A program made the translations under genes and the position numbers. The notes beneath the pieces are model-generated. The model worked only from the letters and a program-made list of their open reading frames with translations. It did no database searches and was not told the DNA's origin. Shown piece by piece: positions 12,189-23,970 of a stretch of DNA of 64,000 bases. The stretch is taken from assembly GCA_030264375.1 (NCBI GenBank), contig JASCQW010000072.1, positions 107,932,674 through 107,996,673 of the forward strand, in the 5' to 3' direction. Origin of the DNA: Carcharhinus longimanus (Eukaryota). Numbering within the stretch: position 1 is the stretch's first letter; every line of letters starts with the position of its first letter.

Positions 12189-12643
12189 ATGGGTGGAATC
12201 TGAGGGAACGGGAGTCTCAATCATCAGCTAGAGGAAGTCTCACTGCACCTTCTGCCAGCCAGGCACTTAATAGGCCTTTCATCAGGAAAAAGGACCCAGG
12301 GGCAAAAGTTCCACCCCCCCCCCCCCCAAGAGCTTCCAGCCACTCAGAGGCTGACCATTCTTTTGTACTCAGTGCCACTGGGATGCCAGTGCTACTCCCA
12401 CCTGAGGCTTTGGAACAAGGGGATGGGGGTGTGGCTTTCAGCTGACCAATGCTGGGTTCCTCGGATCATGTACTGAGCGCCTTTAAACAAAAAAAATCAA
12501 TTGCCCACTTGGGGCAGGAAGGCCTTCCATAGGCTTTGTTTGGCTTGGATTTAAATCAGGGTGGAGGTGGGAAAGTGGCAGTGTCCACACTCACCATCTG
12601 ATTAACTCCTCACCCCATGCAGGAGGCACAAGATTCTATCCAA
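12189..12643. mobile_element. About 450-bp non-autonomous TIR element
   Basis: Ends gggtggaatct / agattctatcc, the same TIR class as the short MITEs. Confidence 0.5.
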
Positions 12644-13569
12644 AGTTTTCCATCCTCAAATCACCCTGATGCCAGCTGCTGTGCCACTTTCCTTCAGCGA
12701 GGGATGAAGGAATCTAGACCATAACTACATTTCATGCTATTCAGCAGGGAGGGCATAGACCTGATCTCAACAGCCAGAGATGGAATAAGTAGTGGCCCAT
12801 TGGCCAATGTTTCCTCCTCTCTCCCATTCCCAACTCAAATGCTTTCACTCTTGTGCATTTGAATTACCCACGAGTTCTGCATCTCATTCAACCAACTTGA
12901 GAAAGTACTGTAGGAGAGGTCACATCCAATCTACAGGAGGGGGACAGGGCAACTGATGTATGGTAGTGTCATGCTCCACAAAACTCTTCTTTTACTGCAT
13001 TGAGTTTTATATTCCCCCACAACTGTGGTTACAGACAGCTTGCTATGTACTTTTTTTGATAGCCTTCTCACCAGGCTCCTGAAATTGTATGGAGAGATAG
13101 GTGAACCCCAGGCCTGACTGCTCATTCTAGTGCCAGTTGATGCCCTCAATGATCAATTAGTGACCACTTAAGGGCCATTTCCCACCCAGCCTCAATTTTG
13201 AGGCTGACGGGAGAAGTTCAGAGGAAGCCCAAAGTGACCCTGCTCAGACGAGAAGGAGTACCTCCATCAACTGTCTTTCATCATTGGGCTTCCGCTGCAT
13301 TCAAGGCTGCCCCCTGCAGGTGCTCCCTCCCCAATACCTTCACCCTCTCCTGGGACTCACCCCTCCCCTTTCCCTCCCCATGCCCCCATACTTATATCTT
13401 CCTGAACAATGGGGCTTGGAGACTGCTTGAGGTTAGATTTCTTCAAGGGGTGACAGTTCCATCTCCAGACAGCGAATGCTTGTTGGAGCTTTAAATTGCA
13501 GGCAATATTGATGGGATGCATTTGTCACCAACTTCTCGGATGGCCATGAAGGACATCCCACCATCCTAA

Positions 13570-14580
13570 TAATCCTGTCATTTAATCCCATCAGAATAAC
13601 ATATTCCTTTCCCCCTCAACTGCTTACCCAGCTTCCCTTTACATGCATTTTGCTGTTCACCTCATACTAATTCTTAAAACACACAAGAATCTCACCAATT
13701 TTTGGATAAAGACACTTCTCCTGAATTCCCTGTTGGATTTATTAGTGACCATCTTGTATTTGTAGTGTCTAGCTTTGGTCTTCCCAATAAGTGGGAACAT
13801 ATATGGGTGAGATTCTCTGGCCTCCCTGTGGTGTGTTTCTTGGTGACAGGATCGGCTGGTCCCTCTGCTATTAATGGGATTTCTCATTAATTCTATATCA
13901 TGCCATCTGTGCTGGAGGGGTGCCCTGTTGGTGGAACCAGAAGATCCTGCTGGTATGAAGAGCTGAAGATTTTACCCAATATTTTCCCACCCTACCGCAC
14001 TTCAACTTCATCTTAGACTTCTATTTGATAACTCCTCAGGTTCATCTTTTCTGCATAAAATAGCACAGTCTGTTCAACCTTTCCTGATACTTTGTGGGCA
14101 GGATTTTCCAACCATGTTCACCAAGGCCAGAAAATCCTGTCTGAGGTCAATGGACCTTTGCATGGCCCATGTCCCATCTGCTATGATTCCTGTGGTGGGT
14201 GGGATGGGAAAGTTCCATCTATTATCTCAGTTCTGGAATCATCCTTAAAATTTTCTGCCCCTTGACCAGTCCAGTGCCTCAATCTCTTTTTTATAATATG
14301 GAGACTAGAGGTTTTAACAGTTCTCCAAGGATTGTCTAGCCAAAATTCCATACAAGTTTAACATGACTTTTCTGAAGGCATAGAATCGAAAAGCAAGAAT
14401 GAATTCCAATGTTACACTTGTCTTTATTTTTTAATGGCCTCATTAATCTGTACCACTACTTTCAGTGATTTGTATATCTGTACCCTTGCATCTTCTCCCT
14501 CACTTAAATTCTTATTATTCAAGCTGCCTGATTTTCCCTACCAAAATGCATCACCTCACATTTAATTATATTTTATTCAT
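13570..14580 (-). mobile_element. Decayed CR1 3' region interrupted by MITEs (about 13805-13990 and 14096-14220)
   Basis: Reverse translation KYKMVTNKSNREFRRSVFIQK resembles the CR1 C-terminus. Inserted gggcaggattttcc...ggaaagttccatc. Confidence 0.65.
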
Positions 14581-15631
14581 TAACTTAGTCAATTTATTAA
14601 TTATTGCAGAAAAAGAGATAAAGACACTTCTGCTTTTCTTCCCCAAGCACAGGCTAGTTAACACTGAGGGTTAAACCTGAAGTCTAAATGTCAAGCACAG
14701 TAGTGAATTAGATGAATAGGGGTACCCATTTAGCAAGTCTCGCACTCCACCTTTACTAATAAATTGCTGCCGCCACCTCCTATTTAAATCTTTACATTAC
14801 GTTTTCCATTCAAACTTGGCAATCATGTAATTGGTTTGAGTGTCCTTACCAGGTATGTGCAAATTCAAACTGTTGATATGACCAACATGTGACATTAAGG
14901 ACAAACTTCAAAACTAGAAGCTTAGCACATTGAAGTCCCTGAGCGATTACTGCTACAACATGTTAGGCTACGACTAGTCAAGCATCACAAATCATGTCAC
15001 ATTGTGCACAGAGATCACGAATTACATGCGCAGTGGCAACCAAATGAAGGTGACCAGGAACATAACTGAATTAAGAAAGGTGGTCTACTCAGTTATTTGC
15101 ATGCACAGCCATTCTGAATGCACTGTATTACCAACTATCAGACACATTTAATGAAGTGAAACCGTTCAGATAAAACAAAAACAAGTAGCTTGTTAAGAAA
15201 GACTGGCACTTTTTGAATGCAATGACACTCCTTCAAATTTTAGATAAATTTTGGGTACAAATTATTCACTCATTTATGGAGCAAAAGTTTAATTTAACAA
15301 AGCATTGGTGACAAATGAAGCTTTCAAGGTGGTGAGCCAACAGTTGGGAGTCAAACCAAAATCCTTTTGAAGTTGTAATCCTAATAGGGAGCATAACCAA
15401 TAATCCTAACGGAGGCAAACTCTTTTCATTTCTTCACTCTATTGACAATAAGAGTTGTTCAATGGAATTATATAGTGGATTGTGATTGGAAGAGCAGCTG
15501 ACATTAACCAATATATTTCACTGCAATGAATGGCACTTTCATTCTTCTTTTCAAATAATTGACCTTGGCCCTATGTCTTTCTGAACAAACTTGGGAAAAC
15601 AAAAATAAGAAGCTTTATTTTCAACTAGTAC

Positions 15632-15709
15632 CAATTTCACCCCGGCCATAGCAGACCAAACTCTGTTTTTCCATTTGTTTGGTTGTTCCTCCACTCCTTC
15701 CGATAACCT
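15632..15709 (-). CDS. ANO1: 78-nt cassette exon (segment d, human exon 15 equivalent), RLSEGVEEQPNKWKNRVWSAMAGVKL
   Basis: cctcag|AGG...TTG|gtacta. 26 aa, matching human KRRHIPEESTNKWKQRVKTAMAGVKL. Confidence 0.9.
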
Positions 15710-16419
15710 CTGAGGTCAGGGCAAAGAAAAGGACCACATAGACAGTGTTAAATTCAGTAACACATTACCATAGGCTAACAAAAGGGATCCAATGCCAAGC
15801 TACTTAAATTATTGAATATAAATGGAGGTAGAGAAACTTTTCCCTTGGACTCAAGATGGGGGAAATGCTAAAATCCATTCTCAAAACCTAGCATCCCCAT
15901 CAAACTCATTTCGGATCTTATGGAGAATATGCCAGATGAACAGAGGTACCGTCCACCTTCTTCTGAAGATGTGGCATTCTCCCCACACCAAGAAAAGTGC
16001 AACAAGAATAGATTTTCCCCTTTATTCAAGTAGCCATCAGTGAGGCACTTGTCCAAAAGATCTGCAGTAATGGCAGTCTCATGTTGGGTTGAACCTGCCA
16101 TATTGTACATGGATACACCCAAGGAGATGGTGTTTAATTCAACAGGCTGGATTCAAATCCTGATCTCAGATGTGGCAAGACAATTTTACAATGGACTAAT
16201 CTGACCAGTGTCCAATTATTAATGTGTTTAATGAAAAAAAAGCACATTTAATCAATACACAACTATAGTAGCATTAATTTGATGAAATTATTTTCCGAAG
16301 ACAATGAAAATAGTGAACACAAAAATGCTGGCATTTTTCAAACAGACTTTTATAAAAACATTTTTACCAAGTCTAAGGATAAAATGCAAGGTGTGTTTGG
16401 ATTGCAAGTTTGTTCATAC

Positions 16420-16494
16420 CTCTTCCTTCTTTTGGAGTTCTTTCTTCAGAACTTTATTCAGAACCTTGGCTTCATATTCAGGCCGTGGATGATC
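16420..16494 (-). CDS. ANO1: ANO1 exon 14 equivalent, DHPRPEYEAKVLNKVLKKELQKKEE
   Basis: 75 nt, gcgcag|GAT...GAG|gtatga. Matches DHPRAEYEARVLEKSLKKE. Confidence 0.94.
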
Positions 16495-18032
16495 CTGCGC
16501 ATTTTCAAAGAGAAAGGGGAACAAAACGCTCAACGTACAAATTGAATTGAAAGCTTGTATAACATTACTAGAAGTATGGCTCTTTCCCTTTCTCTCCAAC
16601 CTCCCCCTGCCATTAAATCATTACTCAAACAAAACCTGACCAGTTTTTCTGGACCTGGTGCAAGAGCCATCTCAAATCACCAGACAAGCTCAAAACTATA
16701 CTGTGGTGAACCAGCAAAATAATGATTTTTGTTGAACCTCACCAACTTAGAATTGCCTTTGGCAGTACTCATATGATCTAGAAGCAAGGGACGATTCAGA
16801 GTGTACAAAAATATTGGATAGAAAGTCATTTACCAGTTGCCACCCATAATCTATACAGCATCCATTGTTCTAAACATTTTCACTATTGCCTTTGGTTTGT
16901 TGACATTTGAAACAATAACTTCCATTTTACTGCCTGTAAACATTACTTACAGAACACAAGAACAAAGAACAAAAAGATAGGAGGCAGCTCACAAGCCCGT
17001 CAAGCCTTTCCCACCATTCAATATCATGACTGAGGGGGCAGGAGCTTTTATGGCCTTTAAAAACTTTTGTAAGCTGAAAAAGCAACCAAAGGTATGACAC
17101 TGATTTCCCCAACATTGACAATCCAAAAAGGCACAAAAAGATAACGTACAGAGACAAAGCAAGAAAGAAAAGTCACAAACTGGACAGAAAAGCAGTAAGA
17201 GGGACCCAATCCTCAATCTTGCTGTGACTATATGTGAAAGTTTGCACTAGCAGGTCTATTCAAATATTTTAATTTCTGATGCTAAGAGTGCCCAAATCAC
17301 CACTGGACAGAAAAGAACAGATCGTCAAGGCAACATGGACATAAAAATATAGAAATTAGAAGCAGGAGGAGTGGGTCTGTTCTGCCATTCATTTTGATCA
17401 TAGCTGATCAAATTCAATCCTGATCCCACCTGCTGCCCCACCCAATCCCTTGATCTCTTTAGCCCCAAGAGCTTCATCTAGTTTCTTCTTGAAATCACAC
17501 ATTTTGGCAAGGAGGATACAAAATAAGTGGTTAAATGAAAGCCCCCTGTCGTCACCTAAACCAGTTACTGCCTCACTAAGGACATTTCCAGCCATTTCAG
17601 CACAACACTTGCTATTGGATAGCTGATTCACTTTGGGCTAATACTTTAGTCCTCGTTACAAAATCATGAAAAATGGAAACCATAACTGAGCAGCGATTAA
17701 CACAACCAGACTCCCAGTTACAATTATTATAATCGCTGCACTGGGGTTTAGTCATTATTGTAGTCCAGAGGTCCAAATGGCAGACAGGTTCCCCAACTTA
17801 ATCAAGTAGCCCACAGGAAAAGTTCCCTCATCCTTGTTGGATTCTTCACCTTCATTAAAAAGAGCATTGTATCTTCCTACAATGGAAAACATAGGAAGAG
17901 CAGCAAAAAGCACTAAAGCTTTAAAAAAGCATTGGATTAAAATACTCCCCCCCCGCCAAGCAACAAGTATAAAGCAGCATAATTAGGCAAGCTTGTAAAA
18001 GGTATGCAGTATTTAGTTTTTAAAATTCCAAC

Positions 18033-18044
18033 CTTTAATCGTTC
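18033..18044 (-). CDS. ANO1: 12-nt microexon ERLK (segment c, human exon 13 EAVK equivalent)
   Basis: tgctgactgcctgaag|GAACGATTAAAG|gttgga. Phase 0-0, exact size, E..K pattern and position between the EEDE and DHPR exons. Confidence 0.8.
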
Positions 18045-18166
18045 CTTCAGGCAGTCAGCAACAGAAGAAGAAACAAGTATTATTAAACTGCAAAAAATAG
18101 TGACAAAAGATAGTTTGTTTAATACAAATTGAAGGACTTTTAAGAAATCATTTTTTGAAGGCTAAC

Positions 18167-18249
18167 CTCATCCTCTTCAAATCCGGTAAGATCCCATTTG
18201 TATATGAGCCTCATTTGGCATCTTTTCCAGTGTTCCATGAACATGGCAG
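18167..18249 (-). CDS. ANO1: ANO1 exon 12 equivalent, (A)[27 protein letters not shown]
   Basis: 83 nt, ttccag|CT...GAG|gttagc. End of TM2 and acidic first intracellular loop. Confidence 0.95.
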
Positions 18250-19641
18250 CTGGAAGCAGAATTGTCTTCTATTAAAATACTGCTCTCTCATAAAATTTTA
18301 AAAAAACAATTGTCGAATAAACTGAAGTGATTTTTGTAAAGAAACATTTAATATCATCCACGCATGTTCCTCTCGGTGCATGAGTTTGTGATAAGAATAT
18401 CACACTTAAAATGGAGCAATGGGGAGAGTTTCTGGGGCCAGTATCTTGGCACTTGGCTGTATTTTCAGATATGGAAATGGAAATCTGTCAGATGGCTAAC
18501 TGAGATATCACTAATGTGAATACTAGATGTAAAACAGGAGTGACTCATCACAAACTCTGCTCGCTAGCCAATCAATCCAACACTTGGAGGCTGAACCAGA
18601 TCTTTTGCCACCAGTGCAGATTTTTGACCACAAGACAGGCCTCTGACTAAATCTGCTTCATTAGCATGATTGTCTGCTTCCATCTCCATAACACTGGCCA
18701 TCTCAGCTCTTTAAAATTTGTACCATCCCAACGTACATACAATTGTAAATATCTCAGGACTGATTTTGAAAAAAACTGAGGGAATTCCTGTTCAATCCAA
18801 TTCCTGTAAGCAAAATTGCTTTTTGATAGAAATTTTTCCATCTAGCCCGATGTCACCCCACAGGAATCTAACACCACAAATTTGGCAAACAAAATTAGGT
18901 CACCACATTTGTCACAATACAAAATACATGCAGTGTTAAAAAAGATGTATACATTTTGAAAAGGGATTTGAAATTTTAAACCAGCCCTCAAAGAGGATAT
19001 ACTCAATACCAGAGCCAGGGGAAGAACTTCAATAGGGTTTGGCAATCCAACTGTTTTGCAAATCAAGCCTGATGTTAACAATCTTAAAATGGTGGTGACA
19101 ATCTGTTCACTGAACTGTTGTGTTTGTGAACATGCACTCCAGTTTGTTAAACCTTTTTCCTCAAGGATAAACACTCCTATTTCACCAGAAATTATGTATG
19201 AGGACACTTACGGAGGGAAAGGAATACACAAGTCTCCATGTATTGACTTCTGCACACACTTCATGCCAAGCATCCTAATTCCATTCAAATGCTCATTTCA
19301 ACACATTTTTAGGTTGAAGATTAAACATTTAGATGTGGCTGCACCATCCCAATGCTCACTGATAACGACGCATTTTCATCATACATGTACCTCAACTGTT
19401 TTACTAAAAATGCCAACCACCAGCTAAACAACAGCAAGTTCTTCAGTTAGCATTCCGTGTCACAAAAAGCAATGAGCCCACTGTTTGACAGACTTGCTCT
19501 GCTTTTCACAGTGCTGTAGAGTATAGTCTGGCAGATGTAAACGTATCGTTCCATTTTAGCACCCAAAGAACAGGAACAAGGGAGATAATAAGCGGCAGAC
19601 TACTTTCCTTAAATAAAAGCAAAATACTGTGAATGTTATAA

Positions 19642-19742
19642 TCTCAAACAAAAAGCAGAAAATGCTGGAAAAACTCAGCAGGTCCAGCAGCATCTGGGGA
19701 GAAGGAAAAGAGTTAACGTTTCAAATCTATACGACTTCAGAA
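19642..19742 (-). mobile_element. Penelope-like element terminal-repeat remnant
   Basis: gaaaatgctggaaaaactcagcaggtccagcagcatctg...gagttaacgtttc. A second copy lies at 44800-44915. Confidence 0.55.
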
Positions 19743-21004
19743 GTGACTTTTCTTGTTTCATTAATTTGCCCTTCAGCATCCAGGTCACAAGAAATGCAAC
19801 AGAACTATAATCTGATAGAGTCATGGACTGACTGACACTTGGCTCCCGTTGAACAGCAACGTGGTTGACTCTACCTTGCTTAATTAGGGATGGACGATAA
19901 ATAGTGGTCCAATGAATAATGCTCATACCACAGCTGCAATTTTAACACTGACTTTAAAAACAAACAGCGTCAATCCAACATGGTTGTCACTATTTTCCCT
20001 CATGTTGCAAGTACGTTAGACAATGCTGTTCCAACTAATGTGTTAAATATCATAGTTTTACTAAGAATGGATTCCTAATCACTGACTTTTCTCTGGTACT
20101 GAGATCTCAAATTCATCCAACGAGCAGGTCTTATGGAACCAACAATTGGATGAATCTAATATAAAAATGCTTTTGACAGAAAATGAAAGTTAACAATGAA
20201 CTAGTAAACTTCTCATTTCATTGTGGGCACATTCATTTTCCATCTGCATAATTTTACAATTACTTATATCTACAGGCTTCACGTTTATTCAACTCAGCCA
20301 GATCCTTTGCAAAGCAACCACCCTGACACTGGGTGATGCGTCCTCACAGAACCAGTAGAATTTAAATATACATGACAAACACCACAGCACTGAGCAAAAC
20401 CCTGTGGTGTTCCTTTAATTATTAATCCAAGAAGCAACTTCTCATTTTTCATTACAATTTCTAGAAGCATTGATAACATTGGCAGCAAGATGCTGCCCTG
20501 TGAATACCATGATCCAACCTTGATTCCTTTGAGTTCCAAAGAATCCCTACAATGCAGGAGGTCGTTATTTGGCCCATTCAAGTCTGCACCAACTCTTTGG
20601 AAGAGCATCTTCCCCAGGCCACCAACCTTCCCAATTAAGGCCATTACAAGTGGCTTAATTTCACAATTATCTTGTGATTAGCATTCCCTTCAAAAATGTG
20701 CCAATCTGCCAAGATAGGGGCCAAGTCTTGACAATTGAGTACTTCCAGGTGATTGGCTTACCCAATCAATTCTAGATCAATAAATCAGGATTTCTAGTTT
20801 TAATTCTGTTTGTGATGTTTCTGTGCACAAATTAGCTGTTGCATTTGTCTAAAACACAATGCAGGAAGTCACTAGCTGCCAGTGAAGCTTTTAGGGAGTC
20901 ACTGAGCACACTAAATGCAATCTCCTTTCCTCAGTTAGGAAAATAGAACAATGCAATAGTATCTGTGATGGCTGGCATTGCATTTTCCAAAGGCTTTTGT
21001 TTCC

Positions 21005-21286
21005 TTAAGTTTAATTATTAGTATCACAGGTAGGCTTACAGTAACACTAATGAAGTTGCTGTGAAAATCTGAGTCGCCACACTCTGGGACCTGTTCAGGT
21101 ACACTGAGGGAGACATTAATGCACCTAACCAGCACATCTAATCGGACTGTGGGAGGAAACCGGAGCACCCAAAGGGAACCCATGCAGACACAGACACAAT
21201 GTGCAGACTCTACAGACAGTGACCCAAGCCAGGAATTTAAACCTGGGTCTCTGGCGCTGCAAGGCAGCAGTGCAACCACTGTGCCA
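21005..21286 (-). mobile_element. V-SINE, alternative-tail subfamily
   Basis: Reverse complement of the head and V-domain plus taatgaagttgctgtgaaaat tail. Confidence 0.85.
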
Positions 21287-22049
21287 GACAGTTCTAACAG
21301 GAAGTAATGTTTTGGGATGCAGATGAGTAACTTTAAAAGGTAACATGATAAACGTCTATTAGAGGGGGATAAACAACACTAGTTTATGGTTCCCAAGGCC
21401 CTCCACCATGGATGAATTTTGCTTAGCTCTTCTCTGGGTAAGCTACAGAGAAATTAAAGAAGATCGATTGCCATTATTAGTCAACAAACCAGTCACTGTT
21501 GTATCATGTGATAGAAAGAAGTTTCAACATCAGCTTAATTCCAGGACAGTCACATATGAACCATAAGAACTTAAGTCTTCATTTTTGTTTCATAATTGTG
21601 AAGTTCCCACACCTCAAATGGTCCATACTGCACCTATAGATTAATGGATTGAATAGTGTAAGCTATAAACAACCAACTAGTCAAGAGTCTTTGTATAAAA
21701 AAGGTGCATCCTCATTGTTTAAATTTAAAAAAATAGCAGAAGTCTTATTTTGTCATAATATTTAGCAATCATTGCACAATGCCCAAACTTTCTACAACCA
21801 TCCAATAAATCATTTGTTTTGTTAACAGTCTATTATCTTATGTAAGCTGGCATCAAATCAACTTTGCATTGCTGAATCTCTCAGGAAAAGCTATAGGAAT
21901 ACCTGATGTGACATTCTATTTCTGACTATGTGATTGCCAATTACTGCATCAAGAGCTATTTTTAAACTTCTGGGCAGGGCAAAACTTAGGTGTTGCTTTC
22001 CCAGAACTGAAGGGGAAGTAAAATTTTTCAAACTTGTAACAAAACGAGT

Positions 22050-22475
22050 CACAGAATCATACAGAAGAGGCCCTTTGGCCCATCGAGTCTGCACTGACAC
22101 ACAACTACCTAACCCATCTACTTATAATCCCATTTATCAGCACTTGGCCCACAGCCTTGAAAGTTATGACATGCCAAGAACCATCCAGATAGGCAACCCA
22201 GCTGCATCACCCTGCCAGGTAGCACATTCCAGACTGTCTTCACTGTCTGGGTAAAAAAAATTCTCAAATGCCTTTAAACTTCCTGCCCCTCACCTTGAAT
22301 TTGTGCCCTCTTGTGACTGACTCAAGGAAACAGCTGCTCTTTGTCTTGTACACCTCGATCAGGTCACCCCCCTCTCCTCGTCTTCCTTGCTCTAAGGAAA
22401 ACAACCCAAGCCTATGTAACCTCTCTTCATAACTTAAATGCTCCATCCCAGGCAGTATTCTGCACCCCCTCCAGT
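22050..22475 (-). mobile_element. CR1 LINE 3' fragment
   Basis: MEHLSYEERLHRLGLFSLEQ...GDLIEVYK...TRGHKFKVRG. Confidence 0.88.
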
Positions 22476-22959
22476 CAGTTGATCAAAAAATGCAATTATG
22501 ATTTCAAACACTAATTAGTCAAATTAAATCTGATTAGGCAAGCACTTTTGTCCTCAGCCATGACCAAGTTCTCCATCACTTGCTGACCCACTCTGACCTG
22601 TCTGTAGCCTCCTACACAGTTCCAATGTAAACGCAATGAACAGCACCCATCTTTCCATTGGGCATTTCACAGCTCAGGCATTACATACTTACTTTAACTT
22701 CAGACATCAGCAACACCTCATTTTCTCTCTGGCAGTAGATGATCACATATGGGACGAATGCTTCGACATTTCTAAATGGGTGCCAAGAGGGTGGTGATGA
22801 TATGTAGAGGGATAAAGGTGGTCTTTCACTGGAACTTTAGTGGGATAACCTGCACACTGGTGGAAATCTCCTGTTTTTCTTCCACTAGACTCGATCTCTG
22901 GAACCTACTCTACCTTGTCAGTTTGTTATGCATTCCTTCCTCTGATATTGAGGAAACAT

Positions 22960-23665
22960 GCATCTACCTGCACAAACTAACTCACTTCTTGTTTCCCCAA
23001 AGCCTGTCCAACATCTACAAGGCACAAGGAGTGTGATGGAATACTCTCCACTTGCTCCAACCACACCCAACAGCTTGACACCATCCAGGTTGGAGCAGCC
23101 GACTTATCCACACCACATCCACCACCGATGAACAGTGGTATTATAATGTGCCTTCTACAAGATGCACAGCAGCAAGGATCCTTCGGCAGCACCTTCCAAA
23201 CCCATTACAACCTAGAAAGACAAGGACAGCAAACAGCTGGGAGCACCAACATGCTTTGGCTTGGTTTTGGATTTTGCAACTGCGCACAGTCTTGACTGAC
23301 AGCATTCAGTCTGTATTCAACAAGACACATTTAATTGAACACCAAAAACAGTTGAACAGCTGGGTGTAAGCGTTCCAATCCTACAACAACCACCATGTGG
23401 AAGAACAGGGGTACCAGACACTTGGGGAATACCATTGCTTGCAAGTTACCGCCATGCAAGTCTCAACTTCCTAACCTGGAACTGTAATCATTTATTTTGT
23501 TGCTGGGTCACATTCCTAGAAATTTCTTGCAAAAAGCACTGTGGGTATACTTATGAACTGTAGCAGTCCAAAGGTGATGACTCAACAGCACCACCGTCAC
23601 AACGGCTATTAGAGGAAGGCAATAAACATTGGCCTTGCCAGCAACACATCCCAGCAAATAAAATG
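22960..23665 (+). mobile_element. Decayed LINE 3' end (CR1/L2-group)
   Basis: acatctacaaggcacaag...gatggaatactctccacttgc. Homologous to 29900-30960. Confidence 0.65.
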
Positions 23666-23837
23666 TTCCTACCGAGGACCTTAGACCTGGAACATCAGTT
23701 TCTTTATTCTACAGCCTAAACCAAATAGTACCAGCCTTCACTGTTATAGCTTTCAGGAAATTCCCTTGCATGTTGTCAGTACTTAATACCACTCAGTACT
23801 GAAATACCGATGACTTTGAAAACATGGGAGACGTATT

Positions 23838-23970
23838 GGCCAGAATTTTACCACCCCACCCGTCATGAGAATTGGAATGGGTGAGGGACAGACAACGGAA
23901 AGGTCCATTGGTCTTTGGGTGGGACGACGGATTTTGATTTGGGATGAATGAAGCCGTAAAATCCTGCCCA
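23838..23970. mobile_element. About 135-bp MITE-like element
   Basis: TIR ggccagaatttta / taaaatcctgccc. Confidence 0.7.

Noticed and set aside
16495-16506. In-frame ENAQ directly upstream of DHPR, resembling ANO2 ERAQ
   Set aside because: It is preceded by TTT, not AG, so no acceptor exists. The nearest upstream AG is out of frame, and the ERLK microexon explains segment c.
20111-20155. 10-bp inverted repeat attcatccaa / ttggatgaat
   Set aside because: Too short for a pre-miRNA and unsupported by other features.
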